A DNA stretch of 64,000 nucleotides, from positions 62,001 through 126,000 of IMG/VR virus record IMGVR_UViG_3300043446_005562; one strand, written 5' to 3'. Below, piece by piece: positions 9,088 through 19,600 of the stretch. Position 1 is the stretch's first letter, and each line of letters begins with the position of its first letter. The notes below the pieces were generated by a model that saw only the letters and a program-made list of their open reading frames with translations, ran no database searches and was not told the DNA's origin. A program made the translations under genes and the position numbers.

Positions 9088-9869
9088 TGAAGTATCTATT
9101 GGAATTTAAAACATTTTCTGTGCTCGAGGGCGGTAATGCTTTTCCAGAGGCACAGAGTCTTAAACGCGATCAGGTCGAATCGGCCTTTGCTAAATTTGAG
9201 GCAGCCATGACTCAAGTCTTTGGCGAAGCTGAGCTTGAATTAATTGGTTCATGGAAGCAGAAAGAGATTTCAGGCGATCTTGATACACTATTCTATTCTG
9301 ATTTGACGCTACCTGAAATTTCAGCAAAATTACAGTCACATGATTACGAAACCAAAATTTTCTATGGTTTCAATATTGTCTCAGTTAAATTTGAGATTGA
9401 GCCGGGTCTTTTTGTACAGTTTGACATGTTTGTTAGACCAATGGACACAAATCGAGACGTCAACGATCTCTTCTATAAGTCCCCAGCGGATGAGGAGTAT
9501 TCAACCAAGCACAGGGTGTTTTTGATATTTTGTGCACTTGACTCCATGAAATTTGACAAGATTGAAAAGGACGGGGCCTTGACGCAATTCAAAGGATACA
9601 TGCTCAGACCCGATGGACTCTATCAATTCACCAAGGAGATGAAAAAGGTAAATTACAAGATAACGGATCGTCAAAAACTAACGGACGATCTTGATCAAAT
9701 TTCCCTAATCCTATTTGGCAAGGTCTATCCTTACGAGCAATGGAACACCTTTGAAAAAACCCTGGCTCTACTCGAAAAGAATCCAAAATTGGACATGCGC
9801 CAAATCCTAGAAGAGTATCGTGCCAAGCTTGCAGAAGAGGGTTTAAGAGAGCCGGCCTCAATTAGTTAA
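9087..9869 (+). CDS. Pol-beta superfamily nucleotidyltransferase-like protein
   Basis: LIGS...SGDLD motif plus a third Asp in VQFDMF. Confidence 0.65.
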   Translation: MKYLLEFKTFSVLEGGNAFPEAQSLKRDQVESAFAKFEAAMTQVFGEAELELIGSWKQKEISGDLDTLFYSDLTLPEISAKLQSHDYETKIFYGFNIVSVKFEIEPGLFVQFDMFVRPMDTNRDVNDLFYKSPADEEYSTKHRVFLIFCALDSMKFDKIEKDGALTQFKGYMLRPDGLYQFTKEMKKVNYKITDRQKLTDDLDQISLILFGKVYPYEQWNTFEKTLALLEKNPKLDMRQILEEYRAKLAEEGLREPASIS

Positions 9870-10477
9870 AAATCCAATTCCAAATCAAAATTGAAGTACT
9901 TGAAATCGACAGTGAATGTCTGAAATTGTGGGGTGGTTGATGAATATGACAGCGTGATTGCGCTCATTGCGGTAATCATTGGTCGGTTAAAAATGATTGA
10001 GCTAACTCCGTAACCTTCATTGTTCAATAGGGTCAATCTGATTGGACTAAAGTAGGGATGATTTGCGTTTCTGATCTGATTATTGGTTAGTGCCTGACCC
10101 AGGGATTTTCCCGTGTTATTTTGATTAACGTTTGCGGGTTCAAGGTAATTGAGCACATTATCCATCATGATGAAGTAATTTAGGTAGGCATCAGTCAACT
10201 TAAAGGTCAGCTTAAGATCACGTGAAAACATGTCTGAAATTGGCTTTGCTGACTGCACTTCTTGAATTTTACCTAAGGTTCTGGTTTGGGTTGGCAATTG
10301 ACTTGTTAGTCCAGGAAAGGTCACACTTTGAATAGTCGATGCCATGAAATCCGAAATGGATCGATACGGCAACAGCAAATTACGATAGTACTGTTCATAC
10401 TTATCGTTCACCGTCTGGTTGAAAAAATCCTGCGGTAAATTGACTAAAAAACTGTTCTGTCTAGAATTAAGTATCAT
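9866..10477 (-). CDS. Tail tube-fold protein (T4 gp3/gp54-like tube terminator or initiator)
   Basis: IQSVTFPGL, LKLTFKL.D.YLNY and C-terminal FTVDFKYFNF pattern. Confidence 0.6.
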   Translation of the reverse strand: MILNSRQNSFLVNLPQDFFNQTVNDKYEQYYRNLLLPYRSISDFMASTIQSVTFPGLTSQLPTQTRTLGKIQEVQSAKPISDMFSRDLKLTFKLTDAYLNYFIMMDNVLNYLEPANVNQNNTGKSLGQALTNNQIRNANHPYFSPIRLTLLNNEGYGVSSIIFNRPMITAMSAITLSYSSTTPQFQTFTVDFKYFNFDLELDF

Positions 10478-10487
10478 ATAGAATTAT

Positions 10488-12815
10488 CTATACGAGGCCT
10501 AACACAGTCTTTAATTTATTGATGACTTCGGTTGCCTCAATTGATTTAGAACACTCAAACATTCGGTCTGTGCCCTTGTGTATGGGACACCAATTCCAAT
10601 CGCCTGGATCGAGTCGATGCGTGTTGAAACAGCCCGAGCACTTGTTGGAAGGTGCGCATATTCGGTGAGTGTTATGAAGAGTCTCAGTGTAGTCAAATGA
10701 AAAACCTGAAATTAGAATCAATGGAGTAGTCGTTGCCCAGGCAAGCCAGCTTAAACCGCTGCCTATTCCAACAAAGGCTTGCGACTCTTCCAATTCCCGA
10801 ATCACGGTTGAGAGCGGACCTGACTCAAGTTTTCTAATACCGGTTGGATGAGAATTGCCCATGAACCCGTCCTCCTCTCGAGAGAGTAATACCACTTCAT
10901 AGCCTCGCTCATTACACCAATCAACAACCTCTTGCCAGCCGGTTGGATTATTCCAATACTTTGCTTGGCAGGTGCCGTGAATTCCAATTGCGATTTTCTT
11001 CTTCTTTTCAACCTTTGGAATCTGAATGAGCGGTCTGGTCTCTTGATAGGCTAACCCTAAAATATCAAATGCGCATTTTTGCATAGGCTGGTCCTTGACC
11101 TCCCTGACATTTCGGGCCAGGTCAATTTCGTTCTGGTCATTGTAGTACCAGCCGATGTTGTACATCGCAACAATATTGTCCACCACCTCGCCCGGATTTA
11201 CAAATTCAATTTCCGGATACTGGTCCTTGAACATGTAATTCATGTGCGTTGAACAGACCACCTGGCAACCGTGCTTCTTTCTAAACTCTTCAACCGCTGG
11301 AAACCAGGCTAGGCTGTCTCCAAGCGAGCTTGAATCTAATGAAATGTAGACCCTGCGATCTTTGAGCACAATCGGCTCGTTAACAATCATTCTGCCGCTC
11401 TTGACGTCCGTGACTTGCACTCGCCAGTCGGTGTAAAACTTGCGGCTTGCCTTGACCCACATGTTTCTTTTGATTGTATCGCGATGAATGGTCCTACCTG
11501 AGGTTTGATCTATGAATTCAACTAGGTATTCGTCCTGAGGTCCCCCGGTTATCTCTACGTGAGGCCCGCCAACGAAATGATAGTTAATAACGAATTCTGC
11601 TTCGCGACTCTTGTTCACCTCTCTGATGTGATCTGACCGTTTAGCAATATGATTAGCGGCAAGCTCAGCAACCCTGTCCCAATTAAAATCCGAATGGATT
11701 TGAGCAGATTCCCTAACCGCCTTTTTTCGATATTCGGCTGAATTTTGATACACGTCCAGCATGACCCGGCCCAGGTCCTCAAAATCGGGCTCATAATAAT
11801 TGCCGCTTGCCCCATTGAAATGATTGTAGTCCGCGTCCCTTGCTGGTACCTGACCCAGTATTTTAACTGGATGACCCTTACCCTCAGCAAATTCAAGCTG
11901 ACCTGAGCAGTTTGAGTAGATTGCTGGCACTCCGCATGCCATTGCCTCGATTAGAGGTAGATTCCAACCCTCAGAGCGGGCACACGATAAAAAGGCACCA
12001 CATGATTTTAAAAGGTTAACATACTCTTTTCTGTCTGGAAAATGAATCACCTTGATACGGTCATCGTTGAGTCCAAAATGGGCTAGCCGTTTTTCGGTTG
12101 TCTCAAGGCCATCGCCTGAAAATGGATTATCGATTGAGACAATGAGGTCGACAGGCTCTTCTTTTTTGAATGTTTTTAAAAAGGTCTCAACAATCTCTTT
12201 GGTTGATTTTCGGTAATCCCAACGGCCGGCTAAAAAGAATTTAAAACGACCGTCCTGGGTCAATTCGTGTTTGGCTCCCGGGTCCGGATAGAACACTTGA
12301 GTGTCCACCCCCTCCGGAATAACAAAGATTTTTTCGGCTGGATAGCCTTGCGCAATGGTACAGTCGCGTTGCCATTTTGAAGGCACCCACATTTCATCAA
12401 ACTCCAGCAGTCGCTTAAAGAAATTTTCAGGCTGTTGAGTGGTCTCCCAAACGTTATAGGCTATTCGATAGTTCTGGTAATCGTGATAGAAGTAATGATG
12501 ATCGGTTTCATTTAGCACCAGGTCAATCTCGGCCTCACCCGGATTGGGCCAGGCCTCGTACATTTTAAACTCCATTAATCTCTGGTCCGGCGTCCACAGG
12601 GATTGCTCATGCAGCAAGGTCTTCATCCGGTCCGTTAGATAGGGTTCCTGATTGTGGGGCTCTTCTGACATGCCCTGCCAGGTTTTACCCACCGTAAAAT
12701 TTCTGATCTCAAGAGGCACTCTTTCGGAGAGCTTTGTAAAAAAGGATTGTGCGTGATTGTTGTAACCGGTCGAGCCTATGAATGAGGTATGAACCTTGAT
12801 TTTTGGAAGAGTCAC
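10488..12815 (-). CDS. Bifunctional glycosyltransferase: GT4 domain plus TibC/Aah-like autotransporter O-heptosyltransferase domain
   Basis: GT4: EGWNLPLIE (EX7E), GRWDYRK. C-terminal part: SSSLGDSLAWF, FVGIGSGLSWLAW and a four-Cys CSGC...WCP...FECSK motif like the Fe site of TibC. GTG start. Confidence 0.88.
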   Translation of the reverse strand: MTLPKIKVHTSFIGSTGYNNHAQSFFTKLSERVPLEIRNFTVGKTWQGMSEEPHNQEPYLTDRMKTLLHEQSLWTPDQRLMEFKMYEAWPNPGEAEIDLVLNETDHHYFYHDYQNYRIAYNVWETTQQPENFFKRLLEFDEMWVPSKWQRDCTIAQGYPAEKIFVIPEGVDTQVFYPDPGAKHELTQDGRFKFFLAGRWDYRKSTKEIVETFLKTFKKEEPVDLIVSIDNPFSGDGLETTEKRLAHFGLNDDRIKVIHFPDRKEYVNLLKSCGAFLSCARSEGWNLPLIEAMACGVPAIYSNCSGQLEFAEGKGHPVKILGQVPARDADYNHFNGASGNYYEPDFEDLGRVMLDVYQNSAEYRKKAVRESAQIHSDFNWDRVAELAANHIAKRSDHIREVNKSREAEFVINYHFVGGPHVEITGGPQDEYLVEFIDQTSGRTIHRDTIKRNMWVKASRKFYTDWRVQVTDVKSGRMIVNEPIVLKDRRVYISLDSSSLGDSLAWFPAVEEFRKKHGCQVVCSTHMNYMFKDQYPEIEFVNPGEVVDNIVAMYNIGWYYNDQNEIDLARNVREVKDQPMQKCAFDILGLAYQETRPLIQIPKVEKKKKIAIGIHGTCQAKYWNNPTGWQEVVDWCNERGYEVVLLSREEDGFMGNSHPTGIRKLESGPLSTVIRELEESQAFVGIGSGLSWLAWATTTPLILISGFSFDYTETLHNTHRICAPSNKCSGCFNTHRLDPGDWNWCPIHKGTDRMFECSKSIEATEVINKLKTVLGLV

Positions 12816-12843
12816 AGAAAAAGGAGTTTATAGACTTATACTC

Positions 12844-12851
12844 CAAACCTA
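12844..12851 (-). promoter_or_regulatory. Possible Bacteroidota sigma-A -7 element (TAGGTTTG)
   Basis: Matches TAnnTTTG 28 nt upstream of the glycosyltransferase start; no clear -33 TTTG. Confidence 0.35.
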
Positions 12852-12895
12852 ATTTTGAGTTTTAGCCATAACCCTGAAAATTAGGGCAGCTCTTT

Positions 12896-13657
12896 TTAAG
12901 TACTGATTATGAAGGCTGGGCATCTATAAAAATCAACACCGGCTTGGCCCTCCCAGACGTTATTTGGAGAGTTCTTTGCTGCATCAAGAAACTGGGCCTG
13001 ATGAGCTAATGATTCACCGGTATGATGATCGAGTATGTCTAAATTAACGTTGTAACCGTTGTTAAGATCCTGATTTACAATGGACCAGTAATATCTGACT
13101 CCGCCGTTTGCTCCACTGGTCGATTGGCTTGTACCATTACCACCGGCTGCAATATTGCCGTAAAAATCTACTCCGCCACCGGCTGGCCACATTTGAGATG
13201 GTGGCGGCGCAAACGTTATGCCAGGGATTTGAAAAATCCACTCACTCCAAAGACGTATGTTAACATCAATATTGGTGTTTGGATCATTGGTTACAACTTC
13301 AAGGCGCCCTCGATTGTCAAAGGGCCAGTGATCATATCCTTTAAAATCTCCCCATCGTATTTTGCCATTGCTCCACGCATAATTATAGATATTTTCGCCA
13401 GATGTGCTATTGCGATTAATATAATAAGAAGTTCCTGAATATGTTCCAGCCGTAATGTAGCCGTTCATTGAGCTATGGGGAGCAGGATTCGAAGAATCTA
13501 GATCAAATTGTGCAATATCGCCTGCCGCAAGACTGGCTGTTCCGTTTTGAGTGAATGCTCTGATCAAACTATTGGTCGAGGTTGTGCCGACTGATGTGCC
13601 GTTCCATCCAACTCTCACGCTGGAGCCGCTCTGCATTACGTATGGACTTGTTGCCAT
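12896..13657 (-). CDS. Probable fibre-associated virion protein
   Basis: 253 aa, G/N/S-rich beta-type composition; start overlaps the stop of the giant fibre gene. Confidence 0.6.
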   Translation of the reverse strand: MATSPYVMQSGSSVRVGWNGTSVGTTSTNSLIRAFTQNGTASLAAGDIAQFDLDSSNPAPHSSMNGYITAGTYSGTSYYINRNSTSGENIYNYAWSNGKIRWGDFKGYDHWPFDNRGRLEVVTNDPNTNIDVNIRLWSEWIFQIPGITFAPPPSQMWPAGGGVDFYGNIAAGGNGTSQSTSGANGGVRYYWSIVNQDLNNGYNVNLDILDHHTGESLAHQAQFLDAAKNSPNNVWEGQAGVDFYRCPAFIIST

Positions 13658-16600
13658 TAACTTAGTTTATTTTTTAAGTCCTCAATCTGGGCCTGCTGTT
13701 CCTTGATTGCCTCAATCAGGACCGAAACCAGATTTGCATAGGAAACTGCTTTGGTACCGTCCGGATTGGTGAAGACCACCTGCGGGAATGCCGCTTCCAT
13801 CTCCTGCGCAATGACTCCAGCGTAAACTCTAGTCTGGTCTTCTTGATCGTTACGTGTGAAGGTTACACCGCGCATTGCCTTTACCTTAGCCAGGGCGTCT
13901 GTGATGGTTTCAACATTATCCTTAACCGATCGATCTGAAAAGGCTATAATATTACCGGCTGCATAGATATCTCCAGTACCACCGCCGACCGTACCAACTT
14001 CAAGCGTATAACCTGGAGTTGCACCAGCATTCACGCTTAATCTCGCATTGGTTTGATCCCAATAGAGTTGATTCGTATCATCAACTGCTGCACCCGTTGC
14101 TGGGTAATAAGCAACATAGCCTGCATTACCGGAGTTTACCGTACCCGAACCTCCACCGCCGGAAATCGTAACGTCCGCCTGGCTACCCGAAGCGGCAACG
14201 GTTGCGCCCGACACAAAGTTAATAGAGGTAGCGCTTGAAACAATGGTGGTTCCAGCTTGTTTAACCGAGACAGCTGATGCGGTTCCAGAAGTTCCGCTTG
14301 AGCCAGAAGTTCCTGAAGAACCCGCTGCTCCTGTTGCGCCGCTTGTTCCTGATGATCCAGAAGTTCCTGACGAACCTGCGGGACCAGTCGCTCCAGTAGC
14401 ACCGCTTGTTCCTGAAGAACCTGAAGTTCCTGAAGAACCTGAAGTTCCTGACGAACCTGCTGCACCGGTTGCTCCGCTTGTACCTGAAGAACCTGAAGTT
14501 CCTGAAGAACCAGCTGCACCGGTTGCTCCGCTTGTGCCAGAAGAACCTGAAGTTCCGTCTTTTCCATTAAATACCCATGATACTGTGTAGTAAGAGGTTG
14601 TGTTCACTATACCAGTTCCAGCGAGTAGGGTATTTAATTGTATGTCGTAGTATGTTGTCTGATTTGTGAAAGTTCCAACTTTCCATGCTCCAATTGCTGC
14701 GTTGTTGCCAACCTCTGTTATTTGAAGATAAGAGACATTTCCTGCTGCGAGCATTGTGCCCAATGTATTAAACCAAGTTGCGTATGCTGTGCCAAATGTG
14801 TCCTGTCTTGAAATACTTAATTTAGTAGCTGTCCCAAGGTTAGTTGTGTCTAATTTGAATTGACCGAGACCTGGTGAAGAATATGCAAGCGCACTATTAT
14901 CAAACCTCCATCGACCTGAGTTTGAACCGTCATTACCTGCTGCTCCAGCCGCTCCGGTTGCTCCGCTTGTTCCACTAGAACCTGAAGTTCCCGAAGAGCC
15001 TGAAGTTCCAGAAGAACCTGCTGCTCCAGTAGCACCGCTTGTTCCGCTACTTCCACTTGTTCCAGAAGAACCGGCTGCACCGGTTGCTCCACTTGTGCCA
15101 GAAGAACCCGAAGTTCCACTAGAGCCTGATGATCCGGAAGTTCCTGAAGAACCTGCCGCACCGGTTGCTCCGCTTGTTCCTGAAGAACCGGACGTACCTG
15201 ACGAACCAGCAGGACCTGTTGCTCCGGTTGCTCCACTTGTACCAGAAGAACCAGATGTTCCGCTTGATCCAGAAGAACCAGAAGTTCCGCTAGAGCCTGA
15301 TGATCCAGAAGTTCCTGAAGAACCTGCTGCACCAGTTGCGCCGCTTGTTCCAGAACTGCCTGATGTGCCAGAAGATCCTGAACTACCTGATGTGCCTGAG
15401 CTTCCAGAAGAACCTGATGTTCCACTACTTCCACTTGTTCCAGATGAACCTGCAGGACCAGTCGCTCCAGTAGCACCACTAGTTCCTGAAGAACCTGAGC
15501 TACCTGACGTACCTGAACTACCGGACGTTCCCGAAGAACCGGCTGCTCCAGTCGCTCCACTCGTACCTGAAGAACCCGAAGTTCCTGAGCTACCGGCAGC
15601 ACCAGTTGCTCCGCTAGTTCCTGATGAACCAGATGTTCCGCTTGAACCAGACGAGCCGCTAGTTCCCGATGAACCTGAAGAGCCTGATGTTCCACTAGAG
15701 CCTGATGTACCGCTTGCTCCACTTATACCGCTAGTTCCGCTTGAACCGGATGAACCGCTTGTTCCTGAAGAACCGGCAGCACCCGTTGCTCCACTCGTAC
15801 CTGAAGAACCTGAAGTTCCTGAGCTGCCGCTTGAACCTGAAGTTCCCGAAGAACCTGAACTGCCGCTTGTTCCGCTAGAACCGCTAGTTCCCGAAGAACC
15901 TGCTGCACCAGTTGCACCGCTTGTTCCAGAAGAACCAGATGTTCCCGAAGAACCCGCTGCTCCGGTTGCTCCACTAGTTCCTGATGAACCGCTAGTTCCT
16001 GAAGATCCTGAAGAGCCGCTAGTTCCTGATGAACCGCTTGAGCCAGATGTTCCCGAGCTTCCGCTAGTTCCTGAAGAACCTGAGGAACCGCTAGTTCCGC
16101 TTGAACCTGAAGTTCCAGATGAGCCAGATGTTCCTGAGCTACCGCTTGTTCCACTTGAACCACTTGTTCCTGAAGAACCGGCTGTACCGTTTTTACCATT
16201 AAACCACCAGCTAATTACATGTTCATTACCGTTAGTTAAAGTTCCAGTGCCGGCATTCAAGTTTAAATCAACTTGTACAACGTTTCCAACTGGAGAACCA
16301 ACTGCTGTGATTGCATAAACTCCTCCAATTCCAGTAGTTAATTCAAAAATTTCTAAGTATGCTTGATTACCTGCAGTTACTTGAGTTTGAATAGCCGACC
16401 ACCATTGAGTTGAATTGAATGAACTTGGTCTGTATGCCGTTATATTTACATAAAATTTGTTAATTAAACCGACGTTCGTTGTAGCAGTTACACCCGCATA
16501 ATAGTTAATGTTTGTAGAACCTGGTGTAGTTGAAGCGCTTGAATTGAATATCCATGAAACGCCGTTTCCTATTGAACTTGCACCCGAAGTACCTGAGCTG

Positions 16601-19600
16601 CCGCTTGTTCCACTAGAACCTGAAGTACCTGAGCTACCTGAAGATCCGGATGTTCCAGATGATCCCGATGTACCTGATGAACCTGACGATCCACTTGTAC
16701 CGCTGCTTCCACTTGAACCTGATGTTCCACTTGAACCTGAACTGCCTGAAGTACCCGATGAACCGCTAGTACCGCTAGAACCGGAAGTTCCAGATGAACC
16801 TGAAGAACCTGATGTACCGCTTGATCCAGACGAGCCAGATGTTCCTGACGAACCGCTAGTACCAGAGGAACCTGAAGAACCACTAGTTCCGGATGAACCG
16901 CTTGAACCGCTTGTTCCAGACGAGCCAGAACTTCCTGAAGTACCACTTGAACCCGAGCTTCCAGATGTACCAGAAGAGCCAGATGTTCCAGAGCTACCTG
17001 AAGTTCCGCTAGATCCAGATGAACCTGAAGTACCTGAAGAACCTGAGCTACCAGAAGTTCCACTTGATCCTGATGTACCAGAAGAACCTGATGTTCCTGA
17101 GCTTCCACTAGTTCCTGATGAACCTGAAGAGCCAGATGTTCCCGAAGAACCACTACTACCACTTGTTCCACTTGAACCCGATGTTCCGCTACTACCCGAT
17201 GAGCCGCTAGTTCCTGAAGAACCGCTGCTTCCTGATGTCCCACTTGAACCACTTGTTCCAGAAGAACCCGAAGATCCTGATGTGCCAGATGAGCCTGAAG
17301 AACCTGAAGTTCCTGAGCTTCCGCTTGTTCCTGAGCTACCCGAACTACCAGAAGTTCCACTTGAACCTGAAGTACCTGAAGATCCAGAAGTTCCAGAAGA
17401 ACCGCTTGAGCCTGATGTTCCTGAGCTACCAGATGTTCCCGAAGAACCAGAAGTACCTGAAGATCCAGAAGTACCTGAGCTGCCTGAAGAACCTGAAGTT
17501 CCAGATGAACCGGACGAACCAGAGGTTCCAGAGCTTCCTGAAGTTCCTGAACTACCTGATGTTCCAGAGCTACCGGATGTACCGGAAGAGCCTGAGCTTC
17601 CGCTTGTTCCGCTTGAACCTGAACTTCCGCTAGTTCCGGATGAACCGCTTGAGCCTGAAGTACCACTACTACCTGATGAACCTGAAGAACCACTTGTTCC
17701 GCTTGAACCTGAAGAACCGCTAGTACCTGAACTTCCCGAAGTACCTGATGAGCCAGACGTTCCTGAAGAACCTGAAGAACCAGAAGTTCCGCTTGAGCCT
17801 GAGCTTCCTGATGTACCGCTACTTCCACTTGTACCACTTGAGCCAGAAGTTCCTGACGAACCGCTTGAACCAGAGGTACCGCTACTACCTGATGAACCTG
17901 ACGTTCCTGAAGAACCAGAAGAACCCGATGTTCCTGAGCTACCGCTTGTACCACTTGAACCTGATGTTCCACTGCTGCCTGATGAACCGCTAGTACCAGA
18001 AGAACCTGAAGTACCAGAAGATCCACTTGAACCAGAGGTACCAGAACTTCCTGAAGAGCCGGATGTTCCAGAGCTTCCGCTTGTACCAGATGAACCTGAA
18101 CTTCCAGAGGTTCCAGATGAACCACTAGAACCTGAAGTTCCAGAGCTTCCTGATGTACCCGATGAGCCTGAGGTTCCAGCGCTTCCGCTAGTACCAGATG
18201 AACCGCTTGATCCGGACGTACCATTTACTCCAGAAAGACCAGATGTTCCACTTGAGCCTGATGTACCTGAACTTCCTGAAGAGCCAGATGTTCCAGAGCT
18301 TCCGCTTGTACCTGAACTTCCAGATGTTCCAGATGAACCGCTTGAGCCCGAAGTCCCTGAGCTACCAGATGTTCCGCTTGAGCCTGACGAGCCGGATGTT
18401 CCGGAAGAACCTGAGCTGCCAGACGTGCCTGAAGATCCAGAAGTACCTGAGCTTCCACTTGTTCCGGATGAACCTGAAGAGCCGCTTGTTCCGGATGAAC
18501 CTGAACTACCGCTTGTTCCACTTGAACCGCTTGAACCTGATGTTCCTGAAGAACCTGAGGTGCCAGAACTTCCTGAAGTACCAGAAGAACCTGAACTACC
18601 GCTTGTTCCACTAGAACCGCTTGAACCTGATGTTCCTGAAGAACCGCTCGTTCCTGAAGAACCAGAAGAACCTGATGTTCCTGAAGAACCTGATGTACCA
18701 GATGACCCTGATGTTCCACTTGAGCCTGATGAGCCACTTGTTCCTGAACTACCCGAACTTCCACTTGTACCTGAAGAACCACTAGTTCCTGATGAACCTG
18801 AACTTCCAGATGTTCCTGACGAACCAGAAGAACCTGATGTTCCGGAACTACCACTAGTTCCTGATGAACCACTAGTTCCAGAAGAACCCGAAGATCCGCT
18901 TGTTCCGGATGAACCGCTTGAGCCGCTAGTTCCAGAGCTACCTGATGTTCCAGATGAACCTGACGTACCTGAACTACCACTAGTTCCAGAAGAACCGCTT
19001 GAACCTGATGTTCCTGAAGAACCTGAACTACCTGAAGTTCCTGAAGAACCGCTAGTTCCTGATGAACCTGAAGAGCCAGATGTTCCTGAGCTACCACTTG
19101 TTCCACTTGAACCAGATGTACCTGAACTACCTGAAGTTCCTGAAGAACCGCTGCTTCCCGATGTCCCACTTGAACCACTTGTTCCAGAAGAACCCGAGGA
19201 TCCTGATGTGCCAGATGAGCCTGAAGAACCTGAAGTTCCTGAGCTTCCACTAGTTCCGCTTGAACCTGATGTACCACTAGAGCCTGAACTGCCTGAAGTA
19301 CCTGAACTACCACTTGAGCCAGAAGTTCCTGACGAACCGCTTGAGCCTGAAGTACCACTACTACCTGATGAACCGCTAGTACCAGAGGAACCTGACGTTC
19401 CTGAAGAACCGCTTGTTCCTGATGAACCGGATGAGCCAGAAGTTCCACTTGAACCGGACGAACCAGAGGTTCCAGAGCTTCCTGAAGTTCCGCTTGAGCC
19501 AGAGCTACCGCTTGTTCCTGATGAACCTGAGCTACCGGATGTACCGGAAGAGCCTGAACTTCCGCTTGTTCCTGATGAACCCGACGTTCCTGAAGAACCA

